From Gammaproteobacteria bacterium (GTDB lineage Bacteria > Pseudomonadota > Gammaproteobacteria > PIWD01), in contig PIWD01000004.1 in assembly GCA_003354005.1 (NCBI GenBank), positions 1-60,034 of the forward strand: a stretch of 60,034 nt of DNA. Direction: 5' to 3'. The translations under genes and the position numbers were made by a program. The notes below the pieces were generated by a model. That model ran no database searches. It saw only the letters and a program-made list of their open reading frames with translations, and had not been told where the DNA came from. Shown in pieces: positions 21,476 through 32,900 of the stretch (positions are counted from its first letter, which is position 1; the number at the start of each line of letters is the position of its first letter).

Positions 21476-22164
21476 CTTATTTTTAGTTGTTCCAAATAAT
21501 GCTGAGCTGCTTCTTTTTCTGCTTCACGTCGTGAATGACCAGAGCCTTCTCCTACAAATGAGATGCCAGAGATAGTACAACGAACATGGAATTTTTTATG
21601 ATGCTGTTTACCACAAACTTCAATGATCTCATAACAGGGTAAGACGTGCGAATGCGCTTGCGTATACTCCTGCAATTGCGTTTTGGGATCTTTCGTTGCC
21701 ATCTGGAATAAATCCCCTGTTAAACGAGAAGCGTACCATTTAAGTACACAAGAACGACAGACTTCGATCCCTCCATCTAGATAAATTGCAGCAATAATTG
21801 CTTCAAGCGCATCCGATAAAATCGACGGGCGCATTTGCCCACCTGTTTTGATTTCCGATGTTGTCAAAATAAGGTAGCTGGGAATTGTAAGTTCCTGTGC
21901 GACCCGTGATAAGGTTTTTTCGCACACCAGGTAGGATCGCTGCCGACTGAGTTCACCCTCATCAGTTGATGAACTGGCTTTGTATAAAGCATCAGTGATA
22001 ACAAAGCTTAGCACTGCATCGCCCAATAACTCTAAGCGTTCGTTGTTATATTGACTCACACTACGGTGGGTCAGTGCCAGTTGTAATAAGCTGATATCAA
22101 TAAATGTGTAGGAAAGCACATGAAATAGTTCATCTAAATCGATGGGTTTTTCAGCTTTATTCAT
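21472..22164 (-). CDS. rnc: Ribonuclease III
   Basis: NERLELLGDAVL, DPKTQLQE dsRBD. Confidence 0.97.
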   Translation of the reverse strand: MNKAEKPIDLDELFHVLSYTFIDISLLQLALTHRSVSQYNNERLELLGDAVLSFVITDALYKASSSTDEGELSRQRSYLVCEKTLSRVAQELTIPSYLILTTSEIKTGGQMRPSILSDALEAIIAAIYLDGGIEVCRSCVLKWYASRLTGDLFQMATKDPKTQLQEYTQAHSHVLPCYEIIEVCGKQHHKKFHVRCTISGISFVGEGSGHSRREAEKEAAQHYLEQLKIR

Positions 22165-22176
22165 ACTACTTCCTCC

Positions 22177-22962
22177 CTAATGAATCAAGCGACCGATACG
22201 ATGCCAGCGTATATGTTTATGATTATGATCCCAACTGACTGCCACTACCCAGGCTTTTCCGATCAAATTACCTTCTGGCACAAATCCCCATACACGACTA
22301 TCACTACTATTATCCCGATTATCACCCATTACAAAATAATACCCTTCAGGTACAAGGACTTCAAAATCACCAGATGTATCATGATCAGGACGTATAAAAA
22401 TGGCATGCTCAATACTGTCAAGCTGCTCTTTAAATTGATAAACCTCCACGGGGGCACGGTCAGGTTCACGATCATATGCTGGCTTCACAAATGATTGTGA
22501 GATCTTTCTACCATCAATATAAAGTACTTTATCCTGATAGCGTATCAAATCCCCTGGCAGGCCAATCATCCGTTTGATAAAAATTAACTGTGGATCAGGT
22601 GGCCAGTAAAATACCACAAGATCACCACGTTTAGGTTCGCCAATTGACAGAAATTTAGTGTGAAATACTGGCATACGTAAGCCATAAGCAAATTGATTTA
22701 CGATAATAAAGTCACCTGGGGAAACAGTTGGTTCAAGAGAACCCGTTGGTACGCGATACGGTTGCACAATAAAGGAACGAATTACCCAGACCAACAATAT
22801 AATCGGAAAAAGTGAGACCACAGACTCGACAAGAGTCGGTGAAGGTTTATCAGGTAGCGAGCGAAAGCGTCGATATAACTTAATCAGCCCAGAGACTAAA
22901 GCGACCAGACCAAATAATATGACAGCACTCATCAACAAAAATGGGAAATCAATATGTATCAT
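22177..22962 (-). CDS. lepB: Signal peptidase I
   Basis: PTGSLEPT, IKRMIGLPGD, GDNRDNSSDSR. Confidence 0.96.
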   Translation of the reverse strand: MIHIDFPFLLMSAVILFGLVALVSGLIKLYRRFRSLPDKPSPTLVESVVSLFPIILLVWVIRSFIVQPYRVPTGSLEPTVSPGDFIIVNQFAYGLRMPVFHTKFLSIGEPKRGDLVVFYWPPDPQLIFIKRMIGLPGDLIRYQDKVLYIDGRKISQSFVKPAYDREPDRAPVEVYQFKEQLDSIEHAIFIRPDHDTSGDFEVLVPEGYYFVMGDNRDNSSDSRVWGFVPEGNLIGKAWVVAVSWDHNHKHIRWHRIGRLIH

Positions 22963-23319
22963 AAATACAAAAAACCCTTATGTATAAAATCTCCTAAAGA
23001 AAAAGTGTAGCGCATTATGCTAAGTTTAGCAATTGGTGTCCGTAAGTGAAATAAGAGGCTCTACTATATCCCGTGGTAGTCACTGTTTGTAACTTCCAAG
23101 GTGATCACATATATCTAGATTATCGTACCATCATCCTCTTCATTCAATACTGCCTCCCATATACTTTCCGCCTCATCCGTCATCATTATGGGAATTATTT
23201 TGCATCAAGGGGGTTTTTCTGATACGCTGTCAGGAGGTAGTTGGCTATAACGCAGTTTAGGTTCTTCGAAGGTTTGTCATCGTAACAGATGATAATGGGT
23301 TATTTTTGTTAGAATTTAG

Positions 23320-23341
23320 ATGGGCGGAGTGCCCATTTTTT
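23320..23341 (+). terminator. rimP-leader hairpin / attenuator
   Basis: ATGGGC-GGAGT-GCCCAT followed by a T-run, about 65 bp upstream of rimP. Confidence 0.65.
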
Positions 23342-23406
23342 ATATTGGTTAGATAGGTAGTGGGGTGGCATAGGTTGTTATATTGGTTTGGTAATGAGGT
23401 GATTGA

Positions 23407-23943
23407 ATGCCAGTATTGTGTGATACAGTCACACTTGAAGAAGTGATTGCAACTGCGGTACAGGTCGTTGGGTGTCAGTTGTGGGGCTGTGAGTGGGTAC
23501 TGAGTAATAAGCAGAAATTGTTACGCGTCTATGTAGAAGGTGCAACAGGCTCAAATGGGTCAGATGACTTGAATTGCAAGACTGATGCACTAGATGCATC
23601 ACAGTTTATTAAAGACTCAGCGGTTACCGTTGATGACTGTGCACGCGTCCATCGGCAGTTGCAGGCTATTTTAAAGGTAGAGGCACGTCACATGCGAGCC
23701 TTACAATTAGAAGTGTCATCACCTGGCCTAGAGAGACGCTTATTTAAGTTGTCACAGTACAGGCGGTATGTGAATCATACGTTACGCCTATTGTTGTGTG
23801 TTCCTTACCAAGAACGCAAACGTTTTATCGGTATATTAGAAATGGTTAGAGATAAAGAGCGTGAAATTGTTCTGCAAATTGAAGGTATGGCTCACACATT
23901 TGCTTTTGAGCATATTGTAAAAGCTTACTTAGTAATAGATTGA
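23407..23943 (+). CDS. rimP: Ribosome maturation factor RimP
   Basis: LRVYV, VDDCA, LEVSSPGLERRL; precedes nusA. Confidence 0.93.
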   Translation: MPVLCDTVTLEEVIATAVQVVGCQLWGCEWVLSNKQKLLRVYVEGATGSNGSDDLNCKTDALDASQFIKDSAVTVDDCARVHRQLQAILKVEARHMRALQLEVSSPGLERRLFKLSQYRRYVNHTLRLLLCVPYQERKRFIGILEMVRDKEREIVLQIEGMAHTFAFEHIVKAYLVID

Positions 23944-23949
23944 GGGCAG

Positions 23950-25314
23950 GTGATGATTAAAGGTTTTGATTTACGTAATGCTATTGAACTGGTTTCCAAT
24001 CAGAAAGGACTCGATCGTGATGTTGTATTTGCAGCCATAGAAGAGGCACTGAAATCAATTGTTTCAAAAGAGTTTGAAGAAGGAGCTAGTATTCGTGTTT
24101 GTATTGATCGAGATACTGGAAAATTTCAAGCATTTCGTAACTGGTTGGTTGTTGAGAATGAAAAATCAATTGATTCTGCTTCTGAAATAAACTTAGAAGA
24201 GGCTCAGCAGCATGACGTTGCTTTGGCAGTGGGTGATTATGTTGAAGAAGCCGTAGAGGGTATTAATTTAAGTCGTATTTCTGCACATCAGGCAAAACAA
24301 GTGATGATGCGCATTATGCGAGAAGCAGAACGTACAAAGCTTATTGAACGCTATCGTAAGCGAATCGGTGAATTAATGGTTGGTTTAGTCAAGCACGTGA
24401 CACGTGATGCGATTATACTTGATTTAGGTGATAATGCCGAGGCATTGCTGTCTAGATCCGATGTTTTGCCTCGTGAAATTATTCGTGTTGGTGATCAGGT
24501 ACGCTGTTACGTGCGTAATGTCGCAACAGAAACAAAAGGACCACAAGTCATTGTGACGCGTACCGATCCAGGCATGCTAGTGGCACTGTTTAGCTTAGAA
24601 GTGCCAGAGATTGATGAGGGCATTATTGAGATTAAAGCAGCAGCACGTGACCCTGGTTTCCGTTCTAAGATCGCAGTGAAGACAAATGACGGGCGTATTG
24701 ACCCAATTGGTGCTTGTGTAGGTATTAAAGGTACGCGTGTTCAAGCTGTATCAGGTGAATTGAATGGTGAGCGTATTGATATTGCGCTGTGGGATGATGA
24801 CATTGCGCAACTAGCCATAAATGCTATGGCACCTGCGGAGATTGTTTCAATTGTTGTTGATGAAGAGCATCACAGTATTGATATTGCTGTTGCTGAGGAA
24901 AATCTACCACAAGCTATTGGTCGCAATGGGCAGAATGTTCGTTTAGCTAGTGAATTGACGGGTTGGGTCATAAATGTGATATCTGCTGATGAATTTGCAG
25001 CAAAAGAAGTGAGTGAGACAAAAGTACCGGTACAATCCTATAGTGAGCAATTAGACGTTGATGAAGAGATTGCCAATATTTTATTGCGTGAAGGTTTTAC
25101 TTCAATTGAACAAATTGCACACTGTGATAAAGAGGCATTAAGTACAATTGATGAATTTGATGATGAGATCGCATCTGCCTTACAAGAACGTGCCAGGGAT
25201 AGCTTATTAACTCTTGCGATCACAGCTCCAGATAAGACGAATGAATCATCGAGATTAAAATCTGGGCAAGATCAGCAACCGCTTGAAAAAGATACACAAC
25301 AGGAAAAAGAGTAA
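23950..25314 (+). CDS. nusA: Transcription factor NusA
   Basis: ARDPGFRSKIAV, AIGRNGQNVRLAS. Confidence 0.98.
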   Translation: MMIKGFDLRNAIELVSNQKGLDRDVVFAAIEEALKSIVSKEFEEGASIRVCIDRDTGKFQAFRNWLVVENEKSIDSASEINLEEAQQHDVALAVGDYVEEAVEGINLSRISAHQAKQVMMRIMREAERTKLIERYRKRIGELMVGLVKHVTRDAIILDLGDNAEALLSRSDVLPREIIRVGDQVRCYVRNVATETKGPQVIVTRTDPGMLVALFSLEVPEIDEGIIEIKAAARDPGFRSKIAVKTNDGRIDPIGACVGIKGTRVQAVSGELNGERIDIALWDDDIAQLAINAMAPAEIVSIVVDEEHHSIDIAVAEENLPQAIGRNGQNVRLASELTGWVINVISADEFAAKEVSETKVPVQSYSEQLDVDEEIANILLREGFTSIEQIAHCDKEALSTIDEFDDEIASALQERARDSLLTLAITAPDKTNESSRLKSGQDQQPLEKDTQQEKE

Positions 25315-25320
25315 ATAATT

Positions 25321-27750
25321 GTGACCAAACAGAAAACTGTTAAACAGCTAGCAAGTGCCGTTGGAATGTCCCCTGAAGTATTACTGAAGAAGATTATTTC
25401 AGCTAAAATTGATGGTGTAACACAAGAAGATCATTTGCTCTCTGAAGAGCAGAATAAGCAGTTACTTACTTATCTGTGCCGTAAACCCATCACATTGAGG
25501 ACAAAAAAATCTGCCTTGTCATTAGGTACATTACCTCGGTTAGCTAAACCACCAGTTGTTGTACGCACCATTAAACGTCATACAGCATCTAATAAAGAAA
25601 CATCTGGAAGTAAAAAGACTGCTGAAAAGTCGCCAACTATTGAAAGTGTAGGAAAAGATCCTAAAAAAGCATCAACTAAGTTGAGCCATGTGGGGATTCA
25701 AATCAGTGACTTACAACGTCGTGGTGAGAAAATTGAGGAGTCAGCGAAGGTTGTTAAAACGGAGTCATTGACCGAAAAACCTGCATCTGAGACTAAGAAA
25801 GTAAAAGTGTCGACCTCGGAGACAGTGCCGAAGCAACCTATATTGTCGACTACAGGTAAGAAAACTAAACGAAAATCAAAAGCAAAGCTCAGGCGTGAGG
25901 CTATTGCAGCTGGAGTCAATAAGAAATCTGTATTGAAATCGTCATTATTGCAGCAGCATTTTTCTAAGCCAGTTGCTTCTTCTGTGAAAGAGATTCTGAT
26001 TCCAGAGACTATTACAGTTGGGAATTTAGCAAAATGTATGGCAGTAAAAGCACATCAGGTGATTCAACTGCTGATACAGATGGGGGAAATGGTTAGTGTT
26101 AATCAGGTGATTGATCAGTCACTGGCAGCCTTGATTGTTGAAGAAATAGGACATAAGCCTAAATTGATGAAAGATGATGCTGTTGATGAAATGATTTTTG
26201 AGGAAGAACAGGATTATCCATTATTGTCTAGACCACCAGTTGTCACTGTAATGGGACATGTTGATCATGGAAAAACGACATTCTTAGATTACATCCGGAA
26301 TTCTAAAGTTGCCTCTTCGGAAGCTGGCGGTATCACACAGGGTGTTGGTGCTTATCATATTGAGACAAAACGTGGTGTCATTACGTTCATTGACACGCCA
26401 GGGCACGCCGCTTTCACAGAGATGCGTGCACGTGGTGCGAAGTGTACAGATATTGTCGTCTTGGTTGTTGCAGCGGATGATGGTGTAATGCCACAAACTA
26501 TTGAAGCGATACAACATGCTAAAGCTGCCAAAGCTTCAATTGTTGTTGCAATCAATAAGGCTGATAAAGAACAGGCTGACCCAGATCGGGTGCGTTCTGA
26601 GCTTGCGCAGCATGGTCTTGTATGTGAGGACTGGGGTGGTGATACGATGATGCAACTAGTTTCTGCTAAAACTGGAGAGGGTATTGATGCACTTTTGGAG
26701 AGTATTTTATTGCAAGCAGAGATGATGGAGTTGTACGCAATGGCAGAAGGACTGGCAAAAGGCTTGGTAATTGAAGCGAAACGAGATAAACAACGTGGTG
26801 TGATTGCAAATGTCTTAGTACAAAGTGGTGTCTTGTGTCAATCAAGTTTCATCGTTGCAGGGCGACAATTTGGTCGTGTACGTCTTTTACTGGATGATAC
26901 AGGCAAGAAAACAATGAAGGTTACCCCTTCCATGCCTGCATCAGTATTTGGTTTGTCGGATGTTCCCGAAGCAGGTGATCTATTTTGGACAGTACCTAAT
27001 GAGAAACGAGCGCGTGAAATAGCAAGCTTACGTCAGCGTAAGTATCGTGAGAAACAATTAGCTCGAACCTGTCATCTGCCCACACAATTAGCTGATTTTA
27101 AGGCAAGCCTAGGTAATCAGGAAGTTGTATCCATGAATATTGTATTAAAAACGGATGTTCATGGTAGTTTGGATGCAATTTGTGATGCCTTACAGAAACT
27201 ACAATCTAATAAAGTCAAAGTTAATATTGCTGGTTCTGGAGTTGGAGCAATTACTGAATCGGATGTTAATTTAGCAATTGCTTCACGAGCTGTTGTATTG
27301 GCATTTAATGTGCGTGCAGATATTTTGGCACGTAGATTAATGCAACAGGAAAAAATTGATGTGCATTACTTCAGTGTGATCTATGAATTGATTGATACTG
27401 TCAAGTCTAGCTTATTGGGGTTAATTGGACCACAGTATCGAGACGAAATTATTGGTGTTGCAAAAGTTCGGGAGGTATTCCGTTCAAGTAAGCTGGGCGC
27501 TATTGCGGGCTGTATGGTTGAAGAAGGTACAGTACGTCGTCACCACCCAATACGGGTATTACGGGATCAGGTTGTGATTTATCAAGGTGAACTTGAGTCA
27601 TTGCGTCGCTTTAAAGAGGATATTGATTTGGTGAAATTTGGTGATGAGTGTGGTATTGGTGTCAAAGATTATAATGATGTACGTGTCAATGATCGTATTG
27701 AAATTTATCAGCGTGTTGAAATAAAAGCGACACTTGATAGCAGAGATTAA
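25321..27750 (+). CDS. infB: Translation initiation factor IF-2
   Basis: GHVDHGKTT, DTPGHAAF, LRRFKED. Confidence 0.98.
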   Translation: MTKQKTVKQLASAVGMSPEVLLKKIISAKIDGVTQEDHLLSEEQNKQLLTYLCRKPITLRTKKSALSLGTLPRLAKPPVVVRTIKRHTASNKETSGSKKTAEKSPTIESVGKDPKKASTKLSHVGIQISDLQRRGEKIEESAKVVKTESLTEKPASETKKVKVSTSETVPKQPILSTTGKKTKRKSKAKLRREAIAAGVNKKSVLKSSLLQQHFSKPVASSVKEILIPETITVGNLAKCMAVKAHQVIQLLIQMGEMVSVNQVIDQSLAALIVEEIGHKPKLMKDDAVDEMIFEEEQDYPLLSRPPVVTVMGHVDHGKTTFLDYIRNSKVASSEAGGITQGVGAYHIETKRGVITFIDTPGHAAFTEMRARGAKCTDIVVLVVAADDGVMPQTIEAIQHAKAAKASIVVAINKADKEQADPDRVRSELAQHGLVCEDWGGDTMMQLVSAKTGEGIDALLESILLQAEMMELYAMAEGLAKGLVIEAKRDKQRGVIANVLVQSGVLCQSSFIVAGRQFGRVRLLLDDTGKKTMKVTPSMPASVFGLSDVPEAGDLFWTVPNEKRAREIASLRQRKYREKQLARTCHLPTQLADFKASLGNQEVVSMNIVLKTDVHGSLDAICDALQKLQSNKVKVNIAGSGVGAITESDVNLAIASRAVVLAFNVRADILARRLMQQEKIDVHYFSVIYELIDTVKSSLLGLIGPQYRDEIIGVAKVREVFRSSKLGAIAGCMVEEGTVRRHHPIRVLRDQVVIYQGELESLRRFKEDIDLVKFGDECGIGVKDYNDVRVNDRIEIYQRVEIKATLDSRD

Positions 27751-28120
27751 GCTTGTGTTTTCTGTGCTGCAGACTAAGCACCCTCTAAGTGCAGATACAG
27801 TTCGACACAGGAAAATAGCACGCTTATTACACCGTCATTTAACTGAAATTCTCCTTTATCAGATGCGTGACCCACGTTTAAATTGCGTACAAATACACCA
27901 TGTTGAATTATCACGGGATAAATCGCAGGCTAGTGTTGCTGTATTCTTATTGAATCACAATCCTTCCTACGCACAAATCGAGCAAATACTGACTGTACTG
28001 AATAAAGCAGAAGGTGCCATTCGATCTTTATTGACAAAACGAGTTGTATTGCGTCGTATGCCAAAACTACGATTTCGTTATCAAGTGCCTAGTGATGATG
28101 TTGCCTTTGGAACTCCATGA
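27734..28120 (+). CDS. rbfA: Ribosome-binding factor A (start uncertain)
   Basis: RDPRL, VELSRD, LRRMPKLRF; between infB and truB. Confidence 0.88.
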   Translation: MIAEIKLVFSVLQTKHPLSADTVRHRKIARLLHRHLTEILLYQMRDPRLNCVQIHHVELSRDKSQASVAVFLLNHNPSYAQIEQILTVLNKAEGAIRSLLTKRVVLRRMPKLRFRYQVPSDDVAFGTP

Positions 28121-29067
28121 AGCAGACTTTATTACAGGGGGGTGTGCACGGGATTGTTTTACTTGATAAGCCAGTTGGCATCACCTCTTTTGTAGCAGCA
28201 GCGCGAGTAAAATCTTACTTTAGAGCTAAAAAAGCAGGACATACAGGCAGCTTAGATCCACTTGCTTCTGGTTTGCTCCCCATCTGTTTAGGTGAGGCAA
28301 CAAAATTCGCACGTTTCATGCTGCATGCCAATAAGAGCTACCGCGTAGTTGCGCTCTTAGGCGTAGTCACCACGACTGGGGATGCAGAAGGTACAGTGCT
28401 AAGCCACAACACTGCTGCTCACACGATTGATTGCTTAAAAATTGAGCAAGTACTTTCTCAATTTAGGGGAAATATTGAACAGCTTCCACCTCATTATTCG
28501 GCTGTTAAGCATAAAGGAAAACCCTTGTATCGTTTAGCGCGACAGGGCATTAAAACGGAACGAAAAATAAGGCATGTTTCGATTCTTAATTTAAACCTGC
28601 TACATTACAGCTATCCTTACCTGTGCTTAGATGTGACCTGTACAAAAGGAACCTATATTCGCAGCCTTGTTGAAGATATTGGGAAACAACTGGGTGTTGG
28701 TGCTTTTGTGATGGCTTTACGCCGTACATCCATTGGAAATAGTTCACTTAACGAAAGTATTACATTACAAGCTTTAAAGCATTTGCCAGATCAATTTCTG
28801 AAGAATGCTTATTTACGGCCAGTGGATGAGGCTATTGTATCTTGGCCTATTGTTTGGTTAGACGATGATCAGTCTGTGCGTATACAACAAGGTCAGATCA
28901 TCTCTGTAGTAGAACCGTCCTTAGATCCACTGCTTCGGCTCGATACCTGGGTACGTCTGGCCACACGAGATAATAAACAGTTGCTAGGCATCGCGCAGAT
29001 AGGGCATTTTAACGCAATAAAACCACGTTGCTTACTGACTGCCACATTACCAGTTACAGTACTTTAA
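28117..29067 (+). CDS. truB: tRNA pseudouridine-55 synthase
   Basis: GHTGSLDPLASG, KGTYIRSL. Confidence 0.97.
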   Translation: MKQTLLQGGVHGIVLLDKPVGITSFVAAARVKSYFRAKKAGHTGSLDPLASGLLPICLGEATKFARFMLHANKSYRVVALLGVVTTTGDAEGTVLSHNTAAHTIDCLKIEQVLSQFRGNIEQLPPHYSAVKHKGKPLYRLARQGIKTERKIRHVSILNLNLLHYSYPYLCLDVTCTKGTYIRSLVEDIGKQLGVGAFVMALRRTSIGNSSLNESITLQALKHLPDQFLKNAYLRPVDEAIVSWPIVWLDDDQSVRIQQGQIISVVEPSLDPLLRLDTWVRLATRDNKQLLGIAQIGHFNAIKPRCLLTATLPVTVL

Positions 29068-29278
29068 GAGTAAAATAATCATGTATCAGAATCATAAACC
29101 CACCTTTCAAACGTGCTATAATGGTGTCTACGTTGTTCACATCCTAGGATTAAAGTGAGGTTTGCGAAACTATAAAGAGAATATCCCTTTTTGGCACTAG
29201 ATGTGGTAATGGTGTTAACAGGGCATGAAAAATTAGGAATGTTGTGCATGATGGATGATTTAGTGAGTATAAAATAAA

Positions 29279-29794
29279 ATGTCTGCTAAAAATTATATCA
29301 AATTCTCGTTACTGCATCTAGATTGGTTAGCTGCTTGGTTTAGCTCATTTGTGTTGGTAGTAGGAGAGCTTTCCCAGTTATTCTTTCCATTCCCAGCCTG
29401 TCTACTTTGTGGGCTTCAGCGTTGGATCTTAAGCTGCTTTGTATTAACGATTTGGCTATGGTTTTGGTTTAGACCGACCTCGGTGATGCGCTGGATCTTT
29501 GCTGGTATGAACTTTCTGTTCGCAAGTGTTGGATTGCTGATTGCGACACGTCAAATATGGCTTATCACATATGGTGCACGGGTGGTCAATCGACTACCTT
29601 TACAATGTTTGTCGAATGTTCAGAACATGGTCGAACACAAGACATGGCCTCATATCTTAGCGAGTTTATGGCATGGTGGTCAAGCTTGTGCAATGCATGG
29701 TGAAGAAGCTTTTATTATACTCCCAATCCTGTCATCGATCTGTTTCTTTATCTTAGTTTGTCTTGTTGGGCGTATGATTTTCAAACTAAGGTGA
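29279..29794 (+). CDS. dsbB: Disulfide bond formation protein B
   Basis: CLLCxxQR motif, four TM helices, second Cys pair. Confidence 0.8.
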   Translation: MSAKNYIKFSLLHLDWLAAWFSSFVLVVGELSQLFFPFPACLLCGLQRWILSCFVLTIWLWFWFRPTSVMRWIFAGMNFLFASVGLLIATRQIWLITYGARVVNRLPLQCLSNVQNMVEHKTWPHILASLWHGGQACAMHGEEAFIILPILSSICFFILVCLVGRMIFKLR

Positions 29795-29938
29795 AAGGCT
29801 CACATTAGAACAGTTGCTGCACAAGCCTACGTTGCGTGCACCACAAGCTCAAGATAGTGATTGTGGGGGTTGTCATATGTAGCGATGCACCTAATTGTGC
29901 CACACCTCGTTTTACCGCACTAGACAGTTCCTACCGCA

Positions 29939-32900
29939 CTAGACTTTGAAAAATTGTTTCCGCTCTGTATGTCGTGCATCAGTAGTATGGTGAGATTGCC
30001 TCAATTCTTTCTCTTGTGGATGATACTGTCGTTTGAAGAAACAATGTTGCTTGCCAGTGCTTACTTGGGAAAGAGAATGCTTAGGATTCATTGGCCTTAT
30101 GTGGACATGGTATTCTTCCATGTGTGTATGTGGGATTAATTTTTCGTTGTTTTTCAGGTGAAGTGTAATATCTCTTAGTAGGCAGTAGGCATTATTCATG
30201 TGATCACCGTATTTTATCGATTCCTTAAGTAGTGCTTTTATTTTGTGGTAATGATGTGTAGGTTGTTTAAGATAGAGCCTTGCCAGGTTGTAGTAGCCTA
30301 TAGAGATTTCAAGCTTATTTAAAGATAGGCGATTATTTTGTGAGGCTTTATTTACTTTTTTTGAAGCATCATTAAGATATTTTTCTGCGGAAATGATATC
30401 ACCTTTTCTAAAATAAAATACATGTAATATGAATTCTATGAATCCCTTATTTAGTGTGGAGGAGATAGCAGCTCTTGCATAGGTGAGGGCTCGTTGTTGA
30501 TTACATGCTCCTCCAATTCCGTACCAATTCATCCAGCAGAGTAGGAAACTACTATTAGTGTGTAGTAAGCACTTATTTTGGACAGCGAGTGTAGCAAGCC
30601 TTTCTTGAAGATTTCGTGCATACTTATCATCTCTTTTACAACCTAAGTTAAGTAGGGCATAGTAACTCAACATGTTGATTGCTCCATGGCAATGAAGCTC
30701 GGCTGCTCTTTTAAAGAATTGGTAAGCTTTTGAATAGTTGTTTGCTTTATCTAGACTATAGCCACCTGAGAGAGCAGCATTTTTAGCAACTCCAGGGCTA
30801 ACATGTGGGGAGAGCATAATGGACTCAAGGTAGCTATATAGATGGTCTTTGCATTTTGTTTGAGGCTTCTGTAGCACAGTTTTAATAGCTTGTAGGGTAT
30901 ATATTGCTACTGTGTCTTGCCTGCAATTTTTCCATAATCTAAATGCAGTTTTTGCAATTCGGACGGGGTTTCTTGTTGTAAGATTTTCTGGCATCAACCA
31001 TAGTGATGTAAGTTTTGGTGGAGTTTTTTGATTAGGCAACTCTAACAAAATGATTTCTTCAAGTAGAAAGAATAGCTTGTTGAATGTGCGGGCATCCATA
31101 TGAAGACTACGCTTCTCTGTTAAGATAGATTCAATTTTCCCCATGAGCAAGGCAATGCCAGTAACAAATTTGTATCTTCTGAAGCCTTTATAGGTAAGTT
31201 GCACTGCAAGTTCAAGGTCTTTTTTTCGATTACTCGTCAGATATTGTTTAAGCAAGCCCAATAGTGCAAGTTCTCGATTAGGAAAATCGTAGGGAAGCGC
31301 GCATTTAAAGCAGGCTATTGTTTTGTCTCTATTATTTTTACCTTGATAAGCCAGGCCTAACGCGTAAAAAAGAGAGCCAGTTAGAAAGGGCTTGAGAAAA
31401 GATTGCTCAATATTATTTGCATCTACATTAAACCATCCCTTACGATGTTCAACCTGATGTGCCCATTGTGGAGATATAATCAGCTCAAAGTATGGCAACA
31501 TCTTATCAGTATTGATGTAATAATTTGCAAGCCATAATCTTGCTTTTTCGACGACCTGCTTTGGGGTGTGCTGATCAAGGTAGTTAGGGCTGGCTAATTG
31601 CTTGAAGCAGGCTAGGGCAAGTTCTGTATTTTGGTTTCCTCCAATACCTTCCCATGCCATTTCGCCAAGTCTGTAACACTCACTGTCGAGTGCTATACCA
31701 TGATCATATAAAATATTTAGTATCTTTCTTACAGATTTATAATCCTGCTCGGTATGTTGTGGTTTTTTAATGGTTTCTCGCATCAAGTTTATTGATGCAA
31801 GATTTTCTAGAATTTTTTCTAGTATATTTTTAGAAAAGCTTGCTAGGTTCTGAAAACCTGCTAACCAGTTGTTGAGATAACGGCGTGTTGCTCTATGCCA
31901 CGGCCATAGTGTTTTTTTTAGGGCTTTAATAGTGTTAATTTCATCGGCAACCTTGTTTAGGAATTTTTCTATGCTGCTATGATCTTCTGGTGTGTAGAGC
32001 ACTCCATTTTTCTCATTGAGTATTTCAATATTGTGTAGTGTAGTTGACCACATTGCTGTTTCATCTTCTATTCTCATTGCATAATCGAAGCATAAATTTT
32101 TGCCATAATGTAGGAAGCTAAACCAACCCATTTTTTTAAGGCTGGGTCGATTTTTGAATAGTTGATCTTCCTCAATTAACTGGCCTTCTTTATGTTTTGG
32201 TCGTTTTCCTAAAAAAGAGTTCATTTTATAAAAATGGGTGTACCTCTGCTTTTTTTCGTCTATTTGCTTGAAAAAAGGGTTATAAGTATGTGAGGTAAGC
32301 AGGGGATTTTTTTCGATATGAGTTTTATTGGGATTTGGTATGCTGCTTTGTTTTTCTTCATTTATGTTGTACTCATTCTCGAAAAAAGGATTATTGGAGC
32401 GCAATTCAATATTTTTATGCGCTACTATAGTGCGTTCTTGATGTTTTGCCTCTTCTATAATTGCTTTTGGTGGATTGAGTTTGTCTAACATGTTTATTTG
32501 AGGTAGGGATATAACAATGCGAGGCTCATCTTCTTTTGGCAACGTAAGATTAAGACCAGTTTCTGTATTTACACGCTGAATAAAGGTTTTTTCAGTCTGT
32601 TGATAGTTGTCTAAGGCTAGTTGCATAGCTTTTGTTCTTTCATCGAAGTTGTGTACATTTGAAAATTCAGCTATGCATGCTTTTAGGGTATCTCTGTGGT
32701 TCTCGGATATTTTTTTAAATTGATTTATAGAGAGTTGTGCTGTATCAAGATGGCTTACCCATGCTGTACCGCGTTGCTTGATCTGTTTTTGATAATTTTT
32801 GTGGGTATGGATATGGCAGAAAATTTTGTTTGATTGCTCTAAAATTTTCTTATGTATAGCAATTGAACCATTGAAATTTCTTTTAACTGAATCTGGCAAT

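Noticed and set aside
23040-23200. Purine-rich coding-like stretch on the minus strand; also 56700-57050
   Set aside because: Multiple stops and no recognisable family; at most unidentifiable gene debris
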